Source of the DNA: an uncultured Clostridia bacterium
Lineage (GTDB): Bacteria; Bacillota; Clostridia; Christensenellales; CAG-917
Direction: 5' to 3'
Length of the DNA stretch: 64,000 nucleotides
Assembly: GCA_944360115.1 (NCBI GenBank)
Contig: CALVTH010000003.1
Coordinates: 6,746 to 70,745 of the forward strand
In this document: piece after piece, positions 7,870 through 16,974 of the stretch
Numbering within the stretch: the first letter of the stretch is position 1
Layout of the letters: every line of letters starts with the position of its first letter
The notes under the pieces: generated by a model
Told to the model about the DNA's origin: nothing
Database searches by the model: none
Seen by the model: the letters and a program-made list of their open reading frames with translations, nothing else
Position numbers and translations under genes: made by a program

Positions 7870-9128
7870 AGATACGCATCGAAGCAAGCACCCTGCACGG
7901 CACCGTGGCCGCGGTGCCGTCCAAATCCCACGCGCACCGCGTGCTGGTTGCGGCGGCGTTGTCCGACGCGCCGTGCAAGGTGATATGTCCCGCCGTGTCC
8001 GACGACATCGAAGCCACCGTGCGATGTCTCGTCGCCCTCGGCGCGGAGATAACCCGCACGACGGACGGCTTCTCGGTGAAGCCCGTGACGGAGGCGCGCA
8101 AAGGCGTCACCCTCGACTGCGGCGAAAGCGGCACCACCCTGCGTTTTATGTTGCCCGTGTCCTGCGCTCTCGGCGCGGACGCGCGCCTCGTCGGGCGCGG
8201 CAGGCTTCCCCTCCGTCCCATAGGCGGGCTAGCCGACACTCTCGCGGCGGCGGGCGTGGAATTTTCGGCAACTTCCCTGCCCCTCTCCGCTAAAGGCAGA
8301 CTGGCGGCGGGGGAATACGAGGTGGACGGCTCGGTGAGTTCGCAGTACATAAGCGGAATGTTGCTCGCTCTCGGCGCGCTCGGCGGTCGCTCCACCCTGC
8401 GCACGCAGGGCAAAGCCGTCTCCCGCGGGTATGTGGATATGACCCTGTCCGTGCTCGACGCTTTCGGAGTGAAAGTTGCCGTTTCGACGGCGGGAGACCT
8501 GTTCGAGATCCAAGGCGACGGTTTCCGCTCTCCCCGCGAAATCGCGGTGGAGGGCGACTGGTCGGGAGCGGCGTTTCCCATTGCGGCGGGCGTGCTTGCA
8601 GGCGACATCACAGTCACGGGACTCAACCCCGACAGCACCCAACGCGACAAGAAAATCGCCGATGCGGTGCGGCTTATGGGCGGCGACATCACCGTGACGG
8701 ACGACGGCGTGCGCGCAAAGAAAAGCGCGCTCCGCGCCGTTGCGACGGACATAGACGACACCCCCGACATCGCGCCCGTGCTGTCCGTGCTTATGGCGGC
8801 GGCGGAGGGCGACGGCGTAATGACGGGAGTCGGGCGACTGCGCGACAAGGAAAGCGACCGCCTTGCGGCAATAATAAGCAACCTTGCCGCAATGGGCGCG
8901 GGCGCAACCGCGGACGGCGATTCCCTGACCGTGCACGGCACGGGCGGCACGCTCGTTCGGAATTTCGTCGCCGAAGGTTTCGGCGACCACAGAATGGTAA
9001 TGTCCGCGGCGGTGGCGGCGTACGCGGTCGGCGGCGAAGTGACCGACGCCGAAGCCGTGGCGAAATCCTATCCCGCGTTTTTCGCGGATATGGCGACACT
9101 CGGAGGAAAGACAGATGAACCCGTTTGA
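7866..9128 (+). CDS. aroA: 3-phosphoshikimate 1-carboxyvinyltransferase (EPSP synthase)
   Basis: The ATG overlaps the aroB stop (ATGA). PSKSHAHRVL, GESGTTLRF and LRDKESDRL motifs. In frame within track ORF 6978..9128. Confidence 0.9.
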   Translation: MKIRIEASTLHGTVAAVPSKSHAHRVLVAAALSDAPCKVICPAVSDDIEATVRCLVALGAEITRTTDGFSVKPVTEARKGVTLDCGESGTTLRFMLPVSCALGADARLVGRGRLPLRPIGGLADTLAAAGVEFSATSLPLSAKGRLAAGEYEVDGSVSSQYISGMLLALGALGGRSTLRTQGKAVSRGYVDMTLSVLDAFGVKVAVSTAGDLFEIQGDGFRSPREIAVEGDWSGAAFPIAAGVLAGDITVTGLNPDSTQRDKKIADAVRLMGGDITVTDDGVRAKKSALRAVATDIDDTPDIAPVLSVLMAAAEGDGVMTGVGRLRDKESDRLAAIISNLAAMGAGATADGDSLTVHGTGGTLVRNFVAEGFGDHRMVMSAAVAAYAVGGEVTDAEAVAKSYPAFFADMATLGGKTDEPV

Positions 9129-10209
9129 TGTGCTCAGCGTGGAAATACGCGGCGAATCGCACTCCCCCTGCATTTCGGTGGAGATAGGCAATCTGCCGCT
9201 CGGGGAAAGTTTCGCGTTTGCCGAGACCGAGGAATGCCTGGCGCGCAGGAAGAGCGGAAAATATCTCTTCTCCACTCCCCGCCGCGAGGACGACTCGCCG
9301 GTGTGGGAGAGCGGCGTCGAAGCGCGCGGCGACGAAGGCGTGATTACCGGCACGGTGAAGGCGCGTATCGACAACAGAAACATCCGTCCCGCCGACTACA
9401 CCTACACGCGCACCCCCCGTCCGTCGCACGCCGATTACACCTCTTTCGTGAAAGACGGCGCGGACGCGGCGGCTTCGGGCGGCGGCAGATTCTCGGGCAG
9501 AATGACCGCGCCGCTCGTGATAGCGGGCGCGATAGCCAAGAGTCTGCTCCGCAAACGCGGCGTGGAAGTGGCGGCGTACATCTCGCGGCTGGCGGGCGTA
9601 TCGGGCAAAAAGTCCGACTGCGACATACCCTCCCCCGACGAAATCCGCGCCTGTCTGGACCTGCCCCTGCCCATGATAACGGGCGGCGAGGAAGCGGCGG
9701 CAAAAGTGGCGGAAATCGCAAAGCGCGGCGACAGCGCCGGCGGCGTGGTGGAATGTGTGGCATACGGTTTGCCCGCGGGTCTCGGCGACAATCTGTGGCA
9801 GGGACTGGAAAGCAAAATCTCCGCCGTGCTGTACGGCATACCCGCCGTCAAGGGCGTGGAATTCGGCGCGGGATTCGCAATCGCGGATATGACGGGCGCC
9901 GTCGCCAACGACGCTTTCGTGATAAAGGACGGCGCGGTGGCGACCGCGACCAACAACGCGGGCGGCATAAACGGCGGCATATCCAACGGTATGCCCCTGG
10001 TGGTGCGGGCGGCTTTCCGTCCCACGCCGTCGGTATCCCTGCCGCAACGCACCGTCGACCTGACCACGATGACGGAGACGGAGATAAGCGTGAAAGGACG
10101 GCACGACGCAACGGTGGTGCCGCGCGCGACCGTGGTGACGGAGTGTGCCGTCGCCCTGGCGCTGTATGACGAAATGCTGAAACGGGACCGTGAAAACAAG
10201 CGTCCTTAA
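9115..10209 (+). CDS. aroC: Chorismate synthase
   Basis: 364-aa ORF. GGAGGA RBS. GESHSP, RPSHADY and GGISNGMP motifs. Overlaps the aroA end by 14 nt. Confidence 0.9.
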   Translation: MNPFDVLSVEIRGESHSPCISVEIGNLPLGESFAFAETEECLARRKSGKYLFSTPRREDDSPVWESGVEARGDEGVITGTVKARIDNRNIRPADYTYTRTPRPSHADYTSFVKDGADAAASGGGRFSGRMTAPLVIAGAIAKSLLRKRGVEVAAYISRLAGVSGKKSDCDIPSPDEIRACLDLPLPMITGGEEAAAKVAEIAKRGDSAGGVVECVAYGLPAGLGDNLWQGLESKISAVLYGIPAVKGVEFGAGFAIADMTGAVANDAFVIKDGAVATATNNAGGINGGISNGMPLVVRAAFRPTPSVSLPQRTVDLTTMTETEISVKGRHDATVVPRATVVTECAVALALYDEMLKRDRENKRP

Positions 10210-10219
10210 GGAGTTGAAA

Positions 10220-11365
10220 ATGATTGAGGAACTGAGGAACAAAATCGACGCCATTGACGACAAAATCGCCGCGTTGTACCTCGAGCGACAAGCCGTCGTC
10301 AGGGAGATAGGCGAGGAAAAAGCTCTCAACCGCAAAGCCGTCGCCGACCCGTCCCGCGAAAAGAAAATCATTGCCCGCGTGACAAAACAGGCTGATGAAA
10401 GTCAAAAAATGTATCTTAAACGCGTGTTTGAGACGATTATGGAGACTTCGCGGTCGTATCAACGGCAGATTGTCACGCCCGTGACCCCCCTCACCGACAC
10501 CCTGCACCGAGTGCTTATGGAGGGCAAGAAATATTTCCCCGTCAGCAGCAGCGTGGCGTGTCAGGGCGTGGAGGGAAGTTATTCGTCCATTGCCGCGGAC
10601 AAGCTGTTCGAGATTGCCGACATCACCTATTTCAAGAATTTCGAAGGGGTGTTTCAGGCAGTCGAAAAGGGGCTGTGCGATTACGGCGTGCTGCCCATAG
10701 AGAACAGCGCCGCGGGCAGCGTGGGCGCGGTGTACGACCTGATGAAGAAACACAACTTCTACATCGTGCGCAGCATCAAACTCAAGGTGTGTCATCACCT
10801 GCTCGCAAAGAAAGGCGTGAAGCTGTCGCAGATACGCGAGGTGTATTCGCACGAGCAGGCGCTCGCGCAATGCTCGGAGTTCATAAGCAAACTCGGCGGC
10901 AATGTCAAGGTGTATCCCTGCGCCAACACCGCCGTCGCCGCCGAAACGGTGGCGGCGTCCGACCGCGACGACATAGCCTGCATTTCCTCGCGCAACTGCG
11001 CCGACCTCTACGACCTCGGGATACTCGCGGGCAACATACAGAACAACGATTCCAACTATACGCGGTTCATCTGTATAAGCAAGAACCTCGAGATTTTCGC
11101 TCCCGCCAACCGCATAAGCGTCATGATGACGCTGCCCCACGAGTCTGGCTCGCTCAATCGCGTGCTGAACAAATTCTCCACTCTCGGGCTCAACCTCACC
11201 AAACTGGAATCCCGTCCCCTGCCCGGCACCGACTTCGAATTCCTGTTCTACTTCGATTTCGAGGGGCGTATCGACGACGCCGACACCCTCGCGCTCATAG
11301 CCGAGCTCGACCAGGGCAGCGAACAGTTCACCTTCCTCGGCAGTTACTGCGAGGTGGCGCAATGA
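10220..11365 (+). CDS. pheA: Bifunctional chorismate mutase / prephenate dehydratase (P-protein)
   Basis: The ATG at 10220 has AAGGAG upstream. N-terminal CM helix (LRNKIDAIDDKIAALYLER), PDT domain (GVLPIENSAAGSV) and C-terminal ACT (ESRP..FEFLFYFDFEG). Confidence 0.85.
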   Translation: MIEELRNKIDAIDDKIAALYLERQAVVREIGEEKALNRKAVADPSREKKIIARVTKQADESQKMYLKRVFETIMETSRSYQRQIVTPVTPLTDTLHRVLMEGKKYFPVSSSVACQGVEGSYSSIAADKLFEIADITYFKNFEGVFQAVEKGLCDYGVLPIENSAAGSVGAVYDLMKKHNFYIVRSIKLKVCHHLLAKKGVKLSQIREVYSHEQALAQCSEFISKLGGNVKVYPCANTAVAAETVAASDRDDIACISSRNCADLYDLGILAGNIQNNDSNYTRFICISKNLEIFAPANRISVMMTLPHESGSLNRVLNKFSTLGLNLTKLESRPLPGTDFEFLFYFDFEGRIDDADTLALIAELDQGSEQFTFLGSYCEVAQ

Positions 11366-12615
11366 AGTACGGACTCATCGGCAATCCTCTCGGGCACAGC
11401 CGCTCCCCTTTTCTTCACGAGTTTTTCGGGACGGCTCCCTACGACCTCGTGCAGATTGCCGAAAGCGACCTCGACGCGTTCTTCGCGCGGCGCGATTTCG
11501 CGGCGATAAATGTCACCATACCCTACAAGCGCGCGGTGATGTCCTGTCTCAACGGCATATCCGCGGTCGCCGAGGAATGTGACGCCGTCAACACCGTCGT
11601 CAACCGCGACGGAAAACTGTACGGGTTCAACACCGACCTTTTCGGCATGGAATTCTCGCTCGCGCGGGCGGGGATAGCGCTCAAAGGCAAGAATGTCGTC
11701 ATACTCGGCAGCGGCGGCACCTCGCACACCGCGCAGGTGCTTGCCCGCCACGGCGGAGCGCAGTCCGTAAAAGTCGTCAGCAGGACGGGACAGTACAACT
11801 ACAGGAATCTCCTGCCCGTGCGCGACGCCGAAGTGCTGTTCAACACCACCCCCGTGGGTATGTTCCCCGACATGGCGGCGGCGCCCGTCGACCTCGACTG
11901 CTTCCCCGCTCTCGAAGGAATCTTCGACGCCGTTTACAATCCCCTGCGCACCCGACTTGTGCAACAGGCCGAAGCGAGAGGAATAAAACACGCCGACGGG
12001 CTGCTCATGCTCGCGGCGCAGGCGAAGGCGTCCTCCGACCTTTTCAGGGGCGCACCCATGCCCTCCTCCGACGACGCGGACGCGGCGCGGACAATTCTCG
12101 CCGCCCGCGACGCCCTGCGGCGCTCTTTGACCAACATAATTCTGGTGGGTATGCCCGGCTCGGGCAAGACCACCGTCGGCGCGGCGGTGGCAAGGCTGCT
12201 GGGACGCGACTTTTACGACGCCGACGCCGAAATCGTCAAGGCGACGGGCAAAAGCATACCGGACATTTTCGCCGAAGAGGGCGAAGAGGGCTTCCGCAGG
12301 CGCGAAAGCGAGACGGTGCGCGCGCTTTCCGAGAAGCAGGGCGCGGTGATTGCCACGGGCGGCGGCGCGCCGCTCCGCGACGAAAACAGGCTCAACCTGC
12401 GCGCAAACGGTTTCGTCGTCTACCTCGTGCGCGACCTGTCCGCTCTGCCCACCGAAGGCAGACCCCTGTCCCTCGGCGCCGACCTCGGCGCGATGTACCG
12501 CGACCGTCATCCCGTCTACTCGGCGTTTGCCGACATCACCGTGGACAACTCCGCCGCTCCCGAGGACGCGGCGCGCGAAATAACGGAGAAATTCAATGAA
12601 AGTTCTTGTGATTAA
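11362..12615 (+). CDS. Shikimate dehydrogenase fused to shikimate kinase (AroE-AroK)
   Basis: The ATG overlaps the pheA stop (ATGA). N-terminal GLIGNPLGHSRSP and NVTIPYK (AroE). C-terminal GMPGSGKTTVG Walker A plus RRRESE (AroK). One uninterrupted frame. Confidence 0.85.
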   Translation: MKYGLIGNPLGHSRSPFLHEFFGTAPYDLVQIAESDLDAFFARRDFAAINVTIPYKRAVMSCLNGISAVAEECDAVNTVVNRDGKLYGFNTDLFGMEFSLARAGIALKGKNVVILGSGGTSHTAQVLARHGGAQSVKVVSRTGQYNYRNLLPVRDAEVLFNTTPVGMFPDMAAAPVDLDCFPALEGIFDAVYNPLRTRLVQQAEARGIKHADGLLMLAAQAKASSDLFRGAPMPSSDDADAARTILAARDALRRSLTNIILVGMPGSGKTTVGAAVARLLGRDFYDADAEIVKATGKSIPDIFAEEGEEGFRRRESETVRALSEKQGAVIATGGGAPLRDENRLNLRANGFVVYLVRDLSALPTEGRPLSLGADLGAMYRDRHPVYSAFADITVDNSAAPEDAAREITEKFNESSCD

Positions 12616-13036
12616 CGGGCCCAACCTCAATATGCTCGGCGTGCGCGAGCCCGACCTGTACGGCAGGCGCGATTACGCCGCGCTCGTCGCGTTCATAGGC
12701 GAACAGGCGGCAAAGCGCGGCATCGTCGCCGACTGCTTCCAGTCCAATTCCGAGGGCGACATCGTCACCGCGATTCAGCAAGCCCTCGGCAAATACGACG
12801 GCATAGTCATCAACGCCGCCGCCTACACCCACACTTCCGTCGCCATTCTCGACGCCCTGAAGTCCGTCGCCCTGCCCGCCGTCGAGGTGCACCTCACCGA
12901 CATTTCGGCGCGCGAGGAATTCAGACGGTTCAGTTTCGTGTCGCTGTACGCGAGCAAGACGATATGCGGCAAGGGCTTCGACGGCTATGCCGAGGCTCTC
13001 GACGCGCTCGTCGGCATCGTCGGGAACAAAGCGTAA
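12596..13036 (+). CDS. aroQ: Type II 3-dehydroquinate dehydratase
   Basis: 146-aa ORF with INGPNLNMLGVREP, QSNSEG and NAAAYTHTSVA motifs. Confidence 0.9.
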   Translation: MKVLVINGPNLNMLGVREPDLYGRRDYAALVAFIGEQAAKRGIVADCFQSNSEGDIVTAIQQALGKYDGIVINAAAYTHTSVAILDALKSVALPAVEVHLTDISAREEFRRFSFVSLYASKTICGKGFDGYAEALDALVGIVGNKA

Positions 13037-13113
13037 CCCTCTCCCCGTCCCGTCTTCGCGGCGCGGCGGAATAAGTTCCGCCGCCGCGGGCATACTATCT
13101 CCGCGAGGTGGAT

Positions 13114-13272
13114 ATGAAAAAGAAGAAAACCGAACGGAGAGGAATCAGGGGCACGCTTGTCGACGGCAACCAGTCGGAAACGCAGGTTGCAAGCGCGGGC
13201 GAATGGGAAAACGCCGCTTTCCGCGGCGACCGCGACGGCAGACTGAAAGTGCCGCGCGAAAAGCGTGACTGA
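13114..13272 (+). CDS. Small basic hypothetical protein (52 aa)
   Basis: Hand-translated: MKKKKTERRGIRGTLVDGNQSETQVASAGEWENAAFRGDRDGRLKVPREKRD. GAGGTG sits just upstream and a terminator follows at 13320-13350. No recognised family. Confidence 0.35.
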   Translation: MKKKKTERRGIRGTLVDGNQSETQVASAGEWENAAFRGDRDGRLKVPREKRD

Positions 13273-13319
13273 CCGCCGCAGGCGGAAAAACGCATACTTA
13301 AAAAACATACCGAAAAACG

Positions 13320-13350
13320 AACGCGCCCGAAACGGGCGCGTTTTGTTGTT
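13320..13350. terminator. Bidirectional intrinsic terminator
   Basis: ACGCGCCCG-AAA-CGGGCGCGT, flanked by an A-run upstream and TTTGTTGTT downstream. It lies between the small ORF (+) and tetR (-). Confidence 0.6.
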
Positions 13351-13417
13351 GCGATTTCGTTTTTGCGGCGCGGAAGGCGCGGTGCGGACGCAATCTCCGC
13401 CGGAGCGCAACGCCTGC

Positions 13418-14008
13418 TCAGGCGCAGTATTCCGCCAGCGTCATCATGGCTATGGCGCTCAGTTGCTTGCGAATGTCCTCGAGGCTGTAATTCGGCTCAT
13501 CGAGCAACCACCATTTGATGAGGGAAATTATGCCGCCCGCGAAAAATTCCGCGAGGATGTCGGACGGAAGCGAGCCTCTGCCGTCGCGGGGACGGGCGTG
13601 ACTCAGGCGGTTGATGATGTTGTGCGTGAGGATTTCGTGCACCTTGTCGAACACCAGCGCGCTGTCCGCCTTGAGAATTATGGTGCGTATGCGCCTGCGG
13701 TTGTTGTCGAGGAAGCATATACCGAGGTCCATTACCTCGTTGTAGTATGTGATGAGGTCGCTCTCGCCGTGGGCGCGTTTGACCTGCTCGTGCAGACCGT
13801 ACATGATGTCGCTTATGCACTTGTCGAGCAGGCTGTATTTATCCTCGAAATGGGTATAGAAAGTGCCGCGGTTGATGAGAGCGCGGTCACAGATGTCTAT
13901 GACGGTGATTGCGCCGAACGATTTCTCGTCGAGCAGCTCGTAGAAGGCGTCGACGATTGCTTTCTGCGTGCGCTGTATGCGCAAATCGGTCTTGTTGCTG
14001 TTCTTCAT
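13418..14008 (-). CDS. TetR/AcrR-family transcriptional regulator
   Basis: 196-aa product starting MKNSNKTDLRIQRTQKAIVDAFYELL... with an HTH region (ITVIDICDRALINRGTFYTHF). The start overlaps the bioY stop by 4 nt. AGGAGG RBS. Confidence 0.85.
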   Translation of the reverse strand: MKNSNKTDLRIQRTQKAIVDAFYELLDEKSFGAITVIDICDRALINRGTFYTHFEDKYSLLDKCISDIMYGLHEQVKRAHGESDLITYYNEVMDLGICFLDNNRRRIRTIILKADSALVFDKVHEILTHNIINRLSHARPRDGRGSLPSDILAEFFAGGIISLIKWWLLDEPNYSLEDIRKQLSAIAMMTLAEYCA

Positions 14009-14616
14009 AATTTCCTCCTGTCCAACCCCGTGCTGTCGAGCGCACGGACGCGATTTCCCCCCGCGAGGGGATTGGCGAGCCTTTTGGACACCACTTCCGC
14101 CGCCTTGCAGGCGAGAATGACGGAGAGTATGTCCTTGGCGATATACGGCACGGAAACGGCAAGCGCCGAAGCGCCCCAACCGTTGCCCGTGACGAGAGCG
14201 TACTGCACTATGCCCGCAATGTGGCATATCACCAGTCCGAGCAAACCCGAGGCAATGCGGGTGACGGGATTGCGCCCGCCCCAGCTTGCGCCCGAGAAAG
14301 CGGCGAGGAAGAGAAATCCCCATATAAACCCGCCGGTGACTCCGACCAGCTTCTGTATGCCGCCCGTGAAATTAGCGAACACGGGCGCGCCCACCGCGCC
14401 GAGCAGAACATAAATGCCTATTGCCGCAAGCCCGTATTTCCACCCGAGGAAAAACCCCGCGAACGCAATAGCGAATGTCTGCAGAGTGAACGGCACTCCG
14501 GAGGGCATGGGAATGGCGATTTGCGACATACAGGCGGTTAAAGCGGCGAAAAGCGCAATATAAACCGTCTGTTTGGTGCGTTCTGCCGCGGTCAGTTTCT
14601 TGTCGTGCGTTCTCAT
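14005..14616 (-). CDS. bioY: Biotin transporter BioY (ECF S-component)
   Basis: 203-aa polytopic membrane ORF with BioY-like motifs (PFTLQTFAI, GAPVFANFTGG). The start overlaps the rocD stop (ATGA). Confidence 0.85.
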   Translation of the reverse strand: MRTHDKKLTAAERTKQTVYIALFAALTACMSQIAIPMPSGVPFTLQTFAIAFAGFFLGWKYGLAAIGIYVLLGAVGAPVFANFTGGIQKLVGVTGGFIWGFLFLAAFSGASWGGRNPVTRIASGLLGLVICHIAGIVQYALVTGNGWGASALAVSVPYIAKDILSVILACKAAEVVSKRLANPLAGGNRVRALDSTGLDRRKL

Positions 14617-15800
14617 GCCAAAGCCTTCTTTATCCTTTCGATTGCGTCGTCCAGCTCGTCGTCGGGAATGTTGACGGGCGGCGCAAACCTTATCGTGTTG
14701 CCGTGGGTGTCCTTTGCCAGCACACCGTTTGCAACCAGTTTCTTTATGTACGGCGCGGCGGACGAGAAGAACTCGACGGCGACCAGCAGCCCCCTGCCGC
14801 GCACCTCTTTTATGTCGGGATTGTCTATCGAGCGCAAGGCGTCGGACAGGATTTTGCCCTTCCTGCGCGCCTCGGCGGGATAGTCGTCGCGGACGAGGAT
14901 TTCCATTGCCTTGAGCGCCACGGCACAGGCAAGTGGATTGCCCCCGAAAGTGGAGCCGTGCGACCCCGGCTCGAATACGCCGAGTATTTCACGGGACGAC
15001 GCTATCGCGCTGACGGGCATTATTCCGCCGCCGAGCGCCTTGCCCAGCACATAGATGTCGGGACGGACATTCTCGTGCAGGCAGGAGAACATATCGCCCG
15101 TGCGCGCAAACCCCGTCTGCACTTCGTCGGCAATCATGAGAGCACCCTTCTCCGTGCACATCCTGCGCACTTCGGCAAGATAGCCGTCGGGCGGCACTAT
15201 CACTCCCGCTTCGCCCTGTATCGGCTCGAGAATGACGGCGACGGTGTACGGAGTGAACGCCCTTTCCATTGCTTCCGCGTCGCCGTACGGCACGGCGGTG
15301 AAGCCCTCGGTAAAGGGGGCGTAACCCGCCCTCGCCGTGGGATCGGTGCTCATGGAAATCACGGTCGTCGTCCTGCCGTGGAAATTGCCCTCGCAGCAGA
15401 TGATGTGCTGTTTGCCGTCGGGCACTCCTTTTACGAACGCCCCGTAACGACGCGCGGTTTTCAACGCCGTTTCGACGGCTTCCGCGCCCGTGTTCATGGG
15501 CAACACGGCCTGCATGCCCGTGAGTTCTGCGAGCCGCTTGCAGAATTCGCCCAGCAGTTCGTTGTGGAAGGCGCGGGAGGTCAGCGTGACTTTGTCCAGC
15601 TGCGCCTTTGCCGCCGCCACGATTTCGGGGTGCAGATGACCGAAATTGAGGGCGCTGTACGCCGAGAGCATATCGTAATATTCCCTGCCCTCGGGGTCGC
15701 GGACGCGCGCTCCGCGCGCCTCGGAGACCACCACCTCTTCGGGGTGGTAGTTGTGCGCGCAATACTCTTCTGTGACGGCTATTATTTTCTCGGAATCCAT
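14613..15800 (-). CDS. rocD: Ornithine--oxo-acid aminotransferase
   Basis: 395-aa product from the internal ATG at 15800 of track ORF 14613..16691. Collinear with B. subtilis RocD as I recall it (NYHP, DMLSAYSALN, LTSRAFHN, GNFHGRT, EPIQGEAG, DEVQTG, GSHGSTFGGNPLA). Confidence 0.85.
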   Translation of the reverse strand: MDSEKIIAVTEEYCAHNYHPEEVVVSEARGARVRDPEGREYYDMLSAYSALNFGHLHPEIVAAAKAQLDKVTLTSRAFHNELLGEFCKRLAELTGMQAVLPMNTGAEAVETALKTARRYGAFVKGVPDGKQHIICCEGNFHGRTTTVISMSTDPTARAGYAPFTEGFTAVPYGDAEAMERAFTPYTVAVILEPIQGEAGVIVPPDGYLAEVRRMCTEKGALMIADEVQTGFARTGDMFSCLHENVRPDIYVLGKALGGGIMPVSAIASSREILGVFEPGSHGSTFGGNPLACAVALKAMEILVRDDYPAEARRKGKILSDALRSIDNPDIKEVRGRGLLVAVEFFSSAAPYIKKLVANGVLAKDTHGNTIRFAPPVNIPDDELDDAIERIKKALA

Positions 15801-15856
15801 ACTTTTACCCGCAGTCGGCGCGCCCCGTATCGGAGACAAACCGCACCCGTCTGCCC

Positions 15857-15875
15857 GTGTCGCGTTATTCGACAC
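15857..15875. promoter_or_regulatory. Candidate operator palindrome in the rocD-bioY-tetR leader
   Basis: GTGTCG-N7-CGACAC inverted repeat, immediately downstream of the predicted minus-strand -10 box. Confidence 0.3.
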
Positions 15876-15887
15876 ATGTTTGCATAT

Positions 15888-15916
15888 ATGATAAACCAAT
15901 TCCCGCGCGCCGTCAA
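15888..15916 (-). promoter_or_regulatory. Promoter of rocD-bioY-tetR
   Basis: On the minus strand: TTGACG (15911-15916), 17 nt spacer, TATCAT (15888-15893). Confidence 0.45.
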
Positions 15917-15984
15917 TCAAGTGTGTGAAAAGGCGCATTTTCAAGGTTGTTCGCACGGCAAAGACGGCGGCAGTGGCGTTTTGT

Positions 15985-16013
15985 TTGCATAACTCGCCTT
16001 TCGGTTGTATAAT
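15985..16013 (+). promoter_or_regulatory. Promoter of the SDR gene
   Basis: TTGCAT, 17 nt spacer, TATAAT. Confidence 0.45.
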
Positions 16014-16070
16014 TAAGTTTAATGCTACGGCTGTCGGATTGACGGGAAAAGCCTGTGGAGGTGCGAGATT

Positions 16071-16868
16071 ATGTCTGGAAAGGCCGAAGGCAAAGTGGTC
16101 GTCATCACGGGTGCAAGCGCGGGGATAGGCGCGGCAACCGCCGCTCTGTTCAAGGAACGCGGCGCGACGGTGGTCGCCCTCAACCGCAGGGAAACGCCCG
16201 GTGTGGAATGTATAAGGACGGATGTCACGGATGCCGAAGCCGTGCGCGAAGCGTTTGCCGAGACGGTGCGCCGTCACGGAAGAATCGACATTCTGGTGTG
16301 CAACGCGGGCATGGGTATCTCCGGCGCGGCGGAAAGCACGCCCGACGACGCGGTGCGCAAAATTTTCGAACTCAATTTCTTCGGAGTGCTCAACTGCGTG
16401 AAAGCGGCGACGCCCTATATGCGCGAAGCGGGCGGCGGCACCATTGTCACCGTCAGTTCGGTGGCGGCGGAGCTGTCCATACCCTTCCAGTCCTTCTACT
16501 CGGCGACGAAGTCGGCGGTGTCCTCGCTGTCGGACGCCCTGAGAATCGAACTGGCGCCCTTCGGTATCAAGGTCACCTCGGTGTTGCCGGGCGATGTCAG
16601 GACGGATTTCACCGCTTCGCGTGAAAAGAATGTCGCGGACGACCCCGCGTACGGCGACAGAGTGGCGAGGTCGGTGGCGGTGATGGAGCACGACGAAAAG
16701 AACGGTATGTCCCCTTCCGTCATCGCGCGGGACATTTTCAGGGTCGCCACGATGAAAAATCCGCCCGTGCGCAGAATAGGCGGCGCCAAATACAGACTGC
16801 TCGTGGCAATCGCCGCAATGTTGCCCCGCCGCGCCGTATCCTCGCTGCTGGGCAAACTGTACGGCTGA
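16071..16868 (+). CDS. Short-chain dehydrogenase/reductase (SDR) family oxidoreductase
   Basis: 265-aa ORF. TGASAGIG cofactor motif, NAG, and the S...YSATK catalytic motif. GGAGGTG RBS. Confidence 0.85.
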   Translation: MSGKAEGKVVVITGASAGIGAATAALFKERGATVVALNRRETPGVECIRTDVTDAEAVREAFAETVRRHGRIDILVCNAGMGISGAAESTPDDAVRKIFELNFFGVLNCVKAATPYMREAGGGTIVTVSSVAAELSIPFQSFYSATKSAVSSLSDALRIELAPFGIKVTSVLPGDVRTDFTASREKNVADDPAYGDRVARSVAVMEHDEKNGMSPSVIARDIFRVATMKNPPVRRIGGAKYRLLVAIAAMLPRRAVSSLLGKLYG

Positions 16869-16974
16869 AAGTGAGCACCCGACCGCCGCGGAGCGGCGTT
16901 TAATGCTGTTTTAATCATAAAAACGGAAAATAAAACCGCAGACAGCACAAAATACACACGAAAAGGAGAAGATT

